NCBI GenBank assembly: GCA_963736115.1
Contig: CAVTNR010000030.1
Location: 32,001 to 96,000, forward strand
Reading direction: 5' to 3'
Source of the DNA: an uncultured bacterium
GTDB lineage: Bacteria > Zhuqueibacterota > QNDG01 > DTFT01
Length of the DNA stretch: 64,000 bases
Numbering within the stretch: the first letter of the stretch is position 1; each line of letters opens with the position of its first letter. Shown here in pieces: positions 10,224-18,289 of this stretch. The notes under the pieces were generated by a model. That model was not told the origin of the DNA and ran no database searches. It saw nothing but the letters and a program-made list of their open reading frames with translations. Both the position numbers and the translations under genes were made by a program.

Positions 10224-12611
10224 ATGAATTTTATCCGCTTTTATTCGAATGTACTTCGCCGGGCAGGCGCGTCGCGGCGCACCCGCGGAATAATTGCGTG
10301 TTCGGGCCTGTTTTTCCTGCTTTTCCTCCTCATCCCCACCCCCTCCTTCCCGCCGGACTACAGCATACGGGTGCTCGATTCGGACGGCGCCATTCTGCAC
10401 GCGACGCTGAACCGGAAACAGCAATGGTGCCTTCCCCCGGATCCGGAGTTTCGAATCCCTCCGAAATTAAAAGCCTGCGTTCTGGAATACGAGGACAGGC
10501 ATTTCAGGATCCATCCGGGCGTGAATCCGGTTTCGATATTCCGCGCGCTGAAGTCCAACGCCAGGTCCGGCGGTGTCCGAAGCGGGGCAAGCACCATCAC
10601 CATGCAGGTGGCACGGCTCAGCCGGCCCAAACCCCGCACGCTCCCGAACAAGATGCTCGAAACGGCGCAGGCGCTGAAGCTCGAAATTCTGCGTTCCAAG
10701 ACCGCGATACTCAGAACCTATCTGGACCATGCGCCCTACGGCCGCAACGTGGTCGGCGTTCGGGCCGCCTCGCTCCGGTATTTCGGCCGGGAACCGGAGC
10801 GGCTGTCCTGGGCCGAAGCCGCGACCCTGGCCGTGCTTCCCAATCAGCCGGGCCTCATCGCGCCCGGAATCCGGTCCGGTCTCCTGAGAGGTAAACGCGA
10901 CCGACTTCTGCGCCGCCTGGAGCAACGGGGTCTTCTCGACGCTGAAACCCTGTCCCTGTCCCTGCTTGAGCCCGTGCCCTCTTCCTCCGAGCCGTTCCCG
11001 GCCGCGGCCCTGCATCTGGCCAGGCGGCTGGAAGCATCGGCATCCGGACGGTTTACGCTCCGCACCACCATCCGACGGGAAATTCAGCTCAGGGCTGAGG
11101 CGCTGACCGCGGCGCACGTGTCGGAACGGCTTCGGCCCCTGGGCATTCGGAACGCGGCCGTGCTGATCGCGGAAACGCGGTCCGGAAAGATCCGCGCCTA
11201 TGTCGGGTCACAGGATTTTTTCGACTCGGAAAACAACGGACAGGTCGACGGCGTCGCCGCGTCGCGGTCTCCGGGGTCCCTGCTGAAACCTTTTCTCTAC
11301 GGGCTGGCCATGGACGAGGGTCTGCTTCTGCCCGAAACCCGGATACGGGACATACCCACGTATTACGGCGCGTTTTCGCCTTCCAATGCGGCTGAATCGT
11401 ACGACGGACTCGTGAGCGCGAAGGAAGCGCTCATCCGCTCCCTCAATGTGCCGGCCGTGCGCGTGCTGTACGGTTTCGGCGTGAGGCCCTTCTACCTGTT
11501 CCTGAAAAAAGCCGGACTGTCCACGCTTTTCAGGTCTCCGGACGAATATGGCCTGCCGCTCATTCTCGGCGGCGCCGAGGTGACGGCCTGGGACATGACC
11601 CGATTGTACCGCGGGCTCGCGTCCGGCGGCCGGTTCCGTCCGTTGACCGTACTGGAGGACGGGACCGCGGAGGAAAGCATCGCAGGGCCCGCGCTCATCA
11701 GCCCGGGCGCATGCTGGCTCACGCTCAACATGCTCCGGGAGTTGAAACGGCCCGAGGCGGAGGCTTACTGGCAATTGTACCGGGACCGGCGGCCCATTTC
11801 CTGGAAGACCGGCACCAGTTACGGATTCCGGGACGGGTGGGCCGCGGGCGTCAGCCCCGCATGGACCATTGTGGCGTGGGCCGGCAATTTCGACGGCGAG
11901 GGGAACGCGAACCTGGCAGGCGCGTCCTGCGCCGGGACTCTGATGTTCGCTCTTCACAATGCGCTCCCCCTGCCTGAAGAATCAGTCTGGTTCGAGCCTC
12001 CGGTGAATGATCTGGAACCCGTCTCGGTCTGTTCGGAAACCGGATTCACGGCCGGACCGGATTGTCCTTCAGTGAAGGTCCGCAGGGTCGAATCGCCGCG
12101 GTTCATGAAACCCCTGCCGGTCTGTCCGTATCACAAAAAGTTGTTCCTGTCAGCGGACGGCCGCATGCAGGTCTGTTCCGCATGCTGGGGCCGGGGACCG
12201 GTCCGCGAGGAAGTGCGGCTCGTGTATCCGCCGGATGTGGCGCAATTTCTCAGGGAGAGCGGAAAACCCGCGGGCGACGCCACACGGCACAATCCGGCAT
12301 GCGCCGGTGACGCGGCCGATGACCCGATGGACATCCTGTACCCCCAGCCAGGCGCGCGGCTGTGGATTCCGCGGGATCTTGACGGCCGGTTCGAGAAGGT
12401 GATGTTCCGCGCCGCGCACCGTGAAGCCGGGAGCGTGCTCCACTGGTACCTGGACGGCGTTTATCTGGGCGCGACGCGGTCCAGGCATTCCATGGCCTGC
12501 AATACGGGCGCGGGAGACCACGAACTGGTCGTGGTGGATGGAAACGGCAACAGGGAAAAGGCGCAGTTCACGGCGGGCATCCGCCGTTCCGTCGATACCG
12601 GGGGGGGATGA
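10224..12611 (+). CDS. pbpC: Penicillin-binding protein 1C
   Basis: Transglycosylase motifs EDRHF..HPGV and GASTITMQ, transpeptidase SLLKPF, SLN and KTGT, C-terminal BiPBP_C-like domain, linked to alpha-2-macroglobulin. Confidence 0.95.
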   Translation: MNFIRFYSNVLRRAGASRRTRGIIACSGLFFLLFLLIPTPSFPPDYSIRVLDSDGAILHATLNRKQQWCLPPDPEFRIPPKLKACVLEYEDRHFRIHPGVNPVSIFRALKSNARSGGVRSGASTITMQVARLSRPKPRTLPNKMLETAQALKLEILRSKTAILRTYLDHAPYGRNVVGVRAASLRYFGREPERLSWAEAATLAVLPNQPGLIAPGIRSGLLRGKRDRLLRRLEQRGLLDAETLSLSLLEPVPSSSEPFPAAALHLARRLEASASGRFTLRTTIRREIQLRAEALTAAHVSERLRPLGIRNAAVLIAETRSGKIRAYVGSQDFFDSENNGQVDGVAASRSPGSLLKPFLYGLAMDEGLLLPETRIRDIPTYYGAFSPSNAAESYDGLVSAKEALIRSLNVPAVRVLYGFGVRPFYLFLKKAGLSTLFRSPDEYGLPLILGGAEVTAWDMTRLYRGLASGGRFRPLTVLEDGTAEESIAGPALISPGACWLTLNMLRELKRPEAEAYWQLYRDRRPISWKTGTSYGFRDGWAAGVSPAWTIVAWAGNFDGEGNANLAGASCAGTLMFALHNALPLPEESVWFEPPVNDLEPVSVCSETGFTAGPDCPSVKVRRVESPRFMKPLPVCPYHKKLFLSADGRMQVCSACWGRGPVREEVRLVYPPDVAQFLRESGKPAGDATRHNPACAGDAADDPMDILYPQPGARLWIPRDLDGRFEKVMFRAAHREAGSVLHWYLDGVYLGATRSRHSMACNTGAGDHELVVVDGNGNREKAQFTAGIRRSVDTGGG

Positions 12612-12793
12612 ATCAGAGTGATTAGTATATAAAAAAATCACCACGGAAAAAAACACGGAGACACTCGGGAAAAGATCGTTCGATGGGGTTGTTCATTCAT
12701 CCCGATTCAGGGATGATCGATGATGTGGCGGATAGCGCTCGGTCGATGATCGTCCGTTTTTCGTCATATCGTATGGATTGTGCCGCTCTCCCA

Positions 12794-12838
12794 AAGGTCC
12801 TTCGAGGGTTCAGCAGGAGAGCCCGACTCAGGGCGACA
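12794..12838 (-). repeat. 45-nt TGTC-type dispersed element (copy 1 of 4)
   Basis: Reverse complement TGTCGCCCTGAGTCGGGCTCTCCTGCTGAACCCTCGAAGGACCTT aligns without gaps to the copies at 57227, 61276 and 62151. Confidence 0.8.
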
Positions 12839-12914
12839 GGCTGGCCGGCGGAAAGGGTTTGCATATGGGTGAGGGATTCGCTATTTTATCCGGTCACTGA
12901 AAAGGGAAAGCCAC

Positions 12915-14042
12915 ATGGGAAAAATGAGAGTGGCGGTGCTGTTCGGGGGCCGGTCCGCCGAGCATGAGGTTTCGCTCGCGTCCGCGCTCGGCATTCTGAA
13001 AAACATCGACTGCGCGAAATACGACATCCTTCCGATCAAGATCACGCGGGAGGGCCGCTGGGAGCTTCTTCCGGCAGGGTCGGTTTACGAAACGGCGGAG
13101 GATCTGGAGCGCGCCTCCGGTCCCGGCCTGACCGCGGGCGACCCCACCCTGCACGGATTTCATTGCATCGGGGGCGGCGGCATTCAGGCCGGCACGGTCG
13201 AGGCGGACGCTGTGTTTCCGGTTCTGCACGGCACGTTCGGGGAGGACGGCACGGTTCAGGGCCTGATCGCACTTTCCGGACTGCCCTGCGTCGGCGCGGG
13301 CGTGGCCGCGTCTTCCCTGGGCATGGACAAGGTTCTGATGAAGCAGATTTTTCTGCAGAACGAACTGCCCTGCGTGGATTTCATCTGGTTTCTGCGCTCA
13401 AAATGGAAAACGGACGCGGATGTGATCCGAAAAGGCGTTTCCAAGGAAATCGGTTATCCCTGTTTTGTCAAGCCCGCGAACGCGGGATCCAGCGTGGGCG
13501 TGGGAAAGGCGGCGGATGAAGCGGGCCTGGCCCGGTGCGTTGAAGAGGCGGTACGGTTTGATCGCAAGATTCTCGTGGAGAAGGCGGTCATCGGCCGCGA
13601 GCTGGAATGCGCGGTGCTGGGCAACGACGAACCCGAGGCCTCGGCCGTGGGCGAGATTCTGCCCTGTAATGAGTTCTACGACTACGCGGCCAAGTACGAG
13701 CTCGCCAGCGCGACCGTTGTACCCGCGGAACTGTCCGAACCGATCGCAAGGGCCGTTCGCGGGTTCGCGAAGGACGCGTTCAAGGCCGTGGATTGCGCGG
13801 GCATGGCCCGGGTGGACTTCCTGATGGAAAAGGACACCCACCGGATATTCGTGAACGAGATCAATACCATACCCGGATTCACGCCGATCAGCATGTACGG
13901 GAAGATGTGGGAGGCGTCCGGTGTTCCCTATCCTGAACTCATCGACCGGCTGATCCGTCTGGCCGTGGAACGGCATGAGGACCTGAACCGGTCCCTCTAC
14001 AGCCGCGCCGGATCGCCTGCCGGAACGGAGGGCGCCGCATGA
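12915..14042 (+). CDS. ddl: D-alanine--D-alanine ligase
   Basis: GGRSAEHEVS, LHGTFGEDG, MDKV, VKPANAGSSVG, FYDYAAKY, NEINTIPG. Confidence 0.97.
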   Translation: MGKMRVAVLFGGRSAEHEVSLASALGILKNIDCAKYDILPIKITREGRWELLPAGSVYETAEDLERASGPGLTAGDPTLHGFHCIGGGGIQAGTVEADAVFPVLHGTFGEDGTVQGLIALSGLPCVGAGVAASSLGMDKVLMKQIFLQNELPCVDFIWFLRSKWKTDADVIRKGVSKEIGYPCFVKPANAGSSVGVGKAADEAGLARCVEEAVRFDRKILVEKAVIGRELECAVLGNDEPEASAVGEILPCNEFYDYAAKYELASATVVPAELSEPIARAVRGFAKDAFKAVDCAGMARVDFLMEKDTHRIFVNEINTIPGFTPISMYGKMWEASGVPYPELIDRLIRLAVERHEDLNRSLYSRAGSPAGTEGAA

Positions 14043-14740
14043 CCCGTCCCGTAAAGCATGACCGCAGACTCACCCGGACCTGGTTCTGCCTGGCCGCCGC
14101 GGTCTGGTTTGTTGCGGCGCCCGGGGAGTTATTCCCGGAACTCCGGATCCGACCCAGGGTCTATGCGGGCGGCGGCTACGGCCGCACGCAGAACGCCCGG
14201 ATGCCGGAGTTTGCCGTGGAGGACGCGGCGGATCGTAATTTCGTCGAAGCCAACATGTCGTCCCTGAAACGGAATTTCATCCGCGGCCAGATCCGCCTGG
14301 ATCTCGTGCACGCGGGCGCCTTTTCGGCCGGGTATCTGTTCTGGGGGCATTACAACGAAATTCCCGCCGACTATCCCGAATTCTGGCTGAAGCCGGATAA
14401 ATGGTACCCGGCCGCGGATCATGTCGCCCTGCACGCAGCCACGGTTCAGTGGAAACCGGCCTTTGCCGCCTCCCGCCGTGTCGCGCCGTTTCTGCTGGCC
14501 GGGGCCGGCGGGTATTACGGGAATGTCACCTCGGTCCGGTACCTGCCCGCGGATTCCACGGGTCTGTATTATTACGGGAGCCGCAGACAGACGGCATCGG
14601 ACGCGGGCCGCGCCGTGCTGGCCGGAATCGGCGTGGTCGCGTTCCGTTACGCGTATCTTTACGCGGGCGCCGTGCACCTCATCGATTCCGCGCTTCCGGC
14701 AAAGACCTTTTTCGATGTGATTGTGGGGGTGACGTTTTAG
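14039..14740 (+). CDS. Hypothetical protein, probable outer-membrane beta-barrel
   Basis: ATGA overlap with ddl, N-terminal hydrophobic leader, alternating beta-strand pattern, C-terminal Phe (VIVGVTF). Confidence 0.6.
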   Translation: MTRPVKHDRRLTRTWFCLAAAVWFVAAPGELFPELRIRPRVYAGGGYGRTQNARMPEFAVEDAADRNFVEANMSSLKRNFIRGQIRLDLVHAGAFSAGYLFWGHYNEIPADYPEFWLKPDKWYPAADHVALHAATVQWKPAFAASRRVAPFLLAGAGGYYGNVTSVRYLPADSTGLYYYGSRRQTASDAGRAVLAGIGVVAFRYAYLYAGAVHLIDSALPAKTFFDVIVGVTF

Positions 14741-14792
14741 GGGTGGAGGCGGGGGCCTACGGCATTTCGCAGCGCAGGCATTCAGGTTGGGG

Positions 14793-14835
14793 AAGCGGAC
14801 CTCCCGAAGGCTTTCAGCCTTCGGGAGGTCCGCTT
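14793..14835. terminator. Perfect 20-bp hairpin between convergent genes, probable terminator
   Basis: AAGCGGACCTCCCGAAGGCT-TTC-AGCCTTCGGGAGGTCCGCTT followed by TT. It overlaps the hypA stop codon. Confidence 0.65.
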
Positions 14836-15209
14836 TTAGTCACGCGTATTGATTTCACAACCGCCTCCCGGCCGGATGTGATTTCCACGTCCGATCCGCC
14901 GCAAAAGGCGCATTCCAGAACCGGCCCGATGAATGGGTCGATTGCGCCGATTTCACTTTTCGGACAGGGGCCTTCTTTGCCGCATTCACGGCACCGGATA
15001 CGGCCCGGCACAGTGCGGAACTCGAAGGTCGCGGCCGCGGCAGGCGTGTTCTCGAAGCCGATTCTCAGCCAGAATTCCACCTGCTCGGGCTGAAAGGCGC
15101 TCCATTCCCCGAATTCCAGCACCACGGTCTCGACTTTCCGCGCCTTCGCTTCAGCCGCGGCGCGGAGCACGGATCGGATAATGGTCTCCGCAATCGACGC
15201 CTCGTGCAT
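14814..15209 (-). CDS. hypA: Hydrogenase maturation nickel metallochaperone HypA
   Basis: MHE start at 15209, two CxxC motifs (CRECG, CAFCG), C-terminal GRE..VKSI. Overlaps the hypB stop. Confidence 0.93.
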   Translation of the reverse strand: MHEASIAETIIRSVLRAAAEAKARKVETVVLEFGEWSAFQPEQVEFWLRIGFENTPAAAATFEFRTVPGRIRCRECGKEGPCPKSEIGAIDPFIGPVLECAFCGGSDVEITSGREAVVKSIRVTKSGPPEG

Positions 15210-15886
15210 CAGGCCCCCGGAATCTCCATCAGCCGCATCAGCTCGTCCACCCCTTCCCCTGTTTTCGCGGAGATCAGCGCTGTTTTCAGGCCCGGCTTCA
15301 GGGAAAGCGCGTCCTTTTTCAAGAGCTCCGGGTCCACTTCCATGACGCCGGCCAGGTCCGTCTTGTTCACGGCCACAACGTCCGCGTCCAGAAAAACGGC
15401 CGGATGCTTGACGATCATGTAGGGACCTTCGGTGACTGAGACCACGACTAGCCTGCGGTGCGCGCCCAGCCGGAATTCGCCCGGGCATATGAGATTCCCC
15501 ACATTCTCGATGAGCAAAACGTCCAGGCCGTCCAGGTTCAGGCTGGACATCGCCCGGTTGACGATGGCCGCGTCCAGGTGGCAGAGGGATCCTGTGTTGA
15601 CCTGAAGCACTTCACCGCCCGCGGTCCGTATCCGGTCCGCGTCTATGGTGGTCGCCAGGTCGCCGGCTATGGATGCGACTTTCTTTTGATCCTTCAGGCG
15701 GCGGACAAATTGCTGAACCAGAGTGGTTTTGCCGGATCCGACCGATCCCAGAATGTCGATTGCGAAAATGCCGCGGGAGTCGAAAAAACGCCGGTTTTCA
15801 GCGGCCAGCAGGTCATTGGCGGCCAGCATATTCTCGGACAATTCAATGTCAAAGGTTTCATTCGTGGAGGGGATGGAAATTTTCAT
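15209..15886 (-). CDS. hypB: Hydrogenase nickel incorporation GTPase HypB
   Basis: GSVGSGKTT P-loop, CHLDA, ENVGNLICP, VTEG, NKTDL. Confidence 0.95.
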   Translation of the reverse strand: MKISIPSTNETFDIELSENMLAANDLLAAENRRFFDSRGIFAIDILGSVGSGKTTLVQQFVRRLKDQKKVASIAGDLATTIDADRIRTAGGEVLQVNTGSLCHLDAAIVNRAMSSLNLDGLDVLLIENVGNLICPGEFRLGAHRRLVVVSVTEGPYMIVKHPAVFLDADVVAVNKTDLAGVMEVDPELLKKDALSLKPGLKTALISAKTGEGVDELMRLMEIPGA

Positions 15887-16086
15887 TCACAACCTCTTGT
15901 TTATAAAGAAGCAATGGCAATCCCGAATCCCCATGGAAATCCTGCGTGAGCAAGGCCCGGGGCATATGGTAGTATGTTAAAGTGAAAAATGCAAACGGTT
16001 TGTTCCTGCCTTGGGTCAGGTTTTTCTTGACTTTTGCCTCATTTTGTGCGAAATTTATTGTTCATTAAAATTCCGGAGGTATATCC

Positions 16087-17241
16087 ATGTCCAAGCAGGA
16101 TTTTCAATTGTTCTCCATGGTCCCCCTGATGCGGGCGGCCGAACAGTCTTCGCTCAACGGCCGGCCGGCCGCGATCGGCGCATTTAACGTCAATTTTTAC
16201 ACGCAGGCGGAGGGCATTCTAGAAGGCCTGAAGCGCGCGGACGCGCCCGGCATCATCCAGGCCAGCAGGGGAGCGAACAAGTTCCAGGGCGGGCCCGACA
16301 AGATATCGGCCATGGTCCTCGCGGCCATGAAGGAAACCGGCCATGACCTGCCCGTGTCCCTCCACCTGGACCACGGCGACGACGAAAAAGGCCGGGAATG
16401 CGTGGACAACGGGTTCAGCTCGGTCATGATCGACGCTTCCAAGTTCGACCTCAAGGACAACATCGCCGCGACCAAGGCCATCCTGAACTATGCCCATCCC
16501 AGGGGCGTCAGCGTTGAAGGCGAATTCGGCAAGCTCGAGGGCGTGGAAGAGGATGTCATCCATGAGTCCACGACCTATGCCGATCCCTTCCTGGTCCCAT
16601 ATTTCTTCAATGAATCCAAGGCCGATGCCCTCGCCGTGGCCTACGGCACCGCGCACGGGCCCAACAAGGGCAAGGGAACGGACAAGCTCGCGATCCACAT
16701 CGTCCAGTACTCGTACGCCGGCCTGAAGGCCTATGGTCTGAACGAAAACCACTTTCTCGTGGGACACGGCTCCTCCACGGTGCCGAAGGAACTGGTCGAT
16801 GAGATCAACCGGTACGGCGGCGGCATCAAGGATTCCGCGGGCATTCCGATGCAGAAAATTCAGGAAGCCATAGCCGCGGGCATCCGCAAGGTGAATATCG
16901 ACACGGACCTTCGCCTCGGCATCACCGCCACATTCCGTAAATTCTTCCACGACAATCCGGGAGTCGAGAAGAAGTCCCCGAACGTCCTGGCCCCCATCAA
17001 GCAGGCACTGGACAGCCACCCGGAATTCATCGACCCGCGCGATTACCTGAAGACCATCGACATCGGCCTGCTCCGGGTCCATCCCCGCGGCGGCGACCTG
17101 GAGCCTGTCATGGTCCTGATCAAGGAGCGCATCGCGGCCCATGTGGAAATGCTTGTGCGCAAGTTCGGGTCCTCGGGTCTGGCCGCCAGTGTCGAGCGCG
17201 TCACGCTCGCCGAGATGGCCAAACGGTACGGCCGGAACTGA
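16087..17241 (+). CDS. fba: Class II fructose-bisphosphate aldolase
   Basis: GGAGGT RBS, GAFNVN, HLDHG, SVMIDAS, GTAHG, GHGSS, KVNIDTD. Confidence 0.92.
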   Translation: MSKQDFQLFSMVPLMRAAEQSSLNGRPAAIGAFNVNFYTQAEGILEGLKRADAPGIIQASRGANKFQGGPDKISAMVLAAMKETGHDLPVSLHLDHGDDEKGRECVDNGFSSVMIDASKFDLKDNIAATKAILNYAHPRGVSVEGEFGKLEGVEEDVIHESTTYADPFLVPYFFNESKADALAVAYGTAHGPNKGKGTDKLAIHIVQYSYAGLKAYGLNENHFLVGHGSSTVPKELVDEINRYGGGIKDSAGIPMQKIQEAIAAGIRKVNIDTDLRLGITATFRKFFHDNPGVEKKSPNVLAPIKQALDSHPEFIDPRDYLKTIDIGLLRVHPRGGDLEPVMVLIKERIAAHVEMLVRKFGSSGLAASVERVTLAEMAKRYGRN

Positions 17242-17258
17242 ATGCGTCTGTTACGCAC

Positions 17259-17942
17259 TTGAATTTTCTGCTTTTCGACATCGACGGGACGCTTCTGCTC
17301 TCGGGCGGGGCGGGAAAAGTCGCGATGGAGCGGTCATTCGAGACGGTCTGGGGCATCCGGGACGCGCTTCGGACCATCCCGCTCATGGGACGGACCGATC
17401 CTGCCATTGTCCGGCAGGTCCTGCAGGAAAACAAACTCCCGCAGGACGATTCAAAAATAGAAAAGTTCAGGGAATATTATTTCTGGTACCTCGAGGAGGA
17501 AATCGGCAAGGACAGGCCGGGAAAGGCGCTCTGCCCGGGCGTGCTTCCCCTATTGAACACCCTGTCCGGAATGCCGAACGTCGAACTCGGACTGCTCACC
17601 GGGAACTGGAGATACGGCGGGCTTCTCAAACTGCGCCATTTCGGGATTGACGGGTTTTTCCGGATCGGCGCGTACGCGGATGACTCCATGATCCGGGACG
17701 CTCTCGTACCGGTTGCCATGGACCGGTTCCGGCAGGCCCACGGCATGAGTCCGGCGCCGGAAACGGTTTTCGTCATCGGCGACACGCCTTTCGACATCCG
17801 CTGCGGCAAGCCGCACGGGGTCCGGACGGTCGCGGTGGCCACGGGCGTGCACGCTGCGGATGAACTGCAGGCCGAATCCCCGGACTTTCTGTTCGCGGAC
17901 CTGACGCACACGGATGAAGTGGTGAAGGCGCTGACCGGGTGA
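17259..17942 (+). CDS. HAD-family hydrolase (phosphoglycolate phosphatase-like)
   Basis: FDIDGTL motif I, LLTGN, IGDTPFD. Confidence 0.9.
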   Translation: MNFLLFDIDGTLLLSGGAGKVAMERSFETVWGIRDALRTIPLMGRTDPAIVRQVLQENKLPQDDSKIEKFREYYFWYLEEEIGKDRPGKALCPGVLPLLNTLSGMPNVELGLLTGNWRYGGLLKLRHFGIDGFFRIGAYADDSMIRDALVPVAMDRFRQAHGMSPAPETVFVIGDTPFDIRCGKPHGVRTVAVATGVHAADELQAESPDFLFADLTHTDEVVKALTG

Positions 17943-17984
17943 TCTGTCCGGAGGGTCGGTCGTACTTTCAAATATGAATTTCAT

Positions 17985-18014
17985 AAGCCGTCCCAGTTAT
18001 GGGGACGGCTTTTT
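17985..18014 (+). terminator. Rho-independent terminator after fba-HAD
   Basis: AAGCCGTCCC-agttatg-GGGACGGCTT followed by a T run. Confidence 0.8.
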
Positions 18015-18050
18015 CATCCCTCCGACCTGGGATAGATTATTCTTTCCGCA

Positions 18051-18167
18051 AGGGCGACGCAGCGCGTCGCCCCTGCGGAGATCTGCGGCGCATGCCGGGA
18101 TCCGGCTTTAGAATTAAATTCTCTTGAGGGCGACGCAGCGCGTCGCCCTTGCGGAGATCTGTGGCGC
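18051..18167. repeat. Two 41-bp direct repeats, each containing a REP-like palindrome
   Basis: AGGGCGACGCAGCGCGTCGCCCYTGCGGAGATCTGYGGCGC at 18051-18091 and 18127-18167, 2 mismatches, separated by 35 bp. Confidence 0.85.
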
Positions 18168-18289
18168 GGACACGGGCTTGACGGAACCATCCTGAACCTT
18201 TGAACGTGTAAACGTTCCAGAACGGCTACGCGTTGACGCGCAAATGTTTTTTCATTTGGTTTTTTCCATAAATTCCTATATTTTAAGCC

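Noticed and set aside
12785-12840. Glycine-riboswitch-like words (GGAGAG, CTCAGG) upstream of ddl
   Set aside because: The order and spacing do not fit the aptamer, and the segment is the reverse complement of the dispersed 45-nt element.
12683-12967. 94-aa ORF upstream of ddl
   Set aside because: Runs through a repeat element, overlaps ddl out of frame and has no motif.
17242-17262. ATG...TGA just before the HAD gene as possible selenocysteine or readthrough
   Set aside because: The ATG is not in frame with the HAD domain and I saw no SECIS-like hairpin.
18051-18167. Possible mini CRISPR array (41-bp repeats, 35-bp spacer)
   Set aside because: Only two repeats, no cas genes, and the repeat core matches the dispersed REP-like palindrome at 9388.
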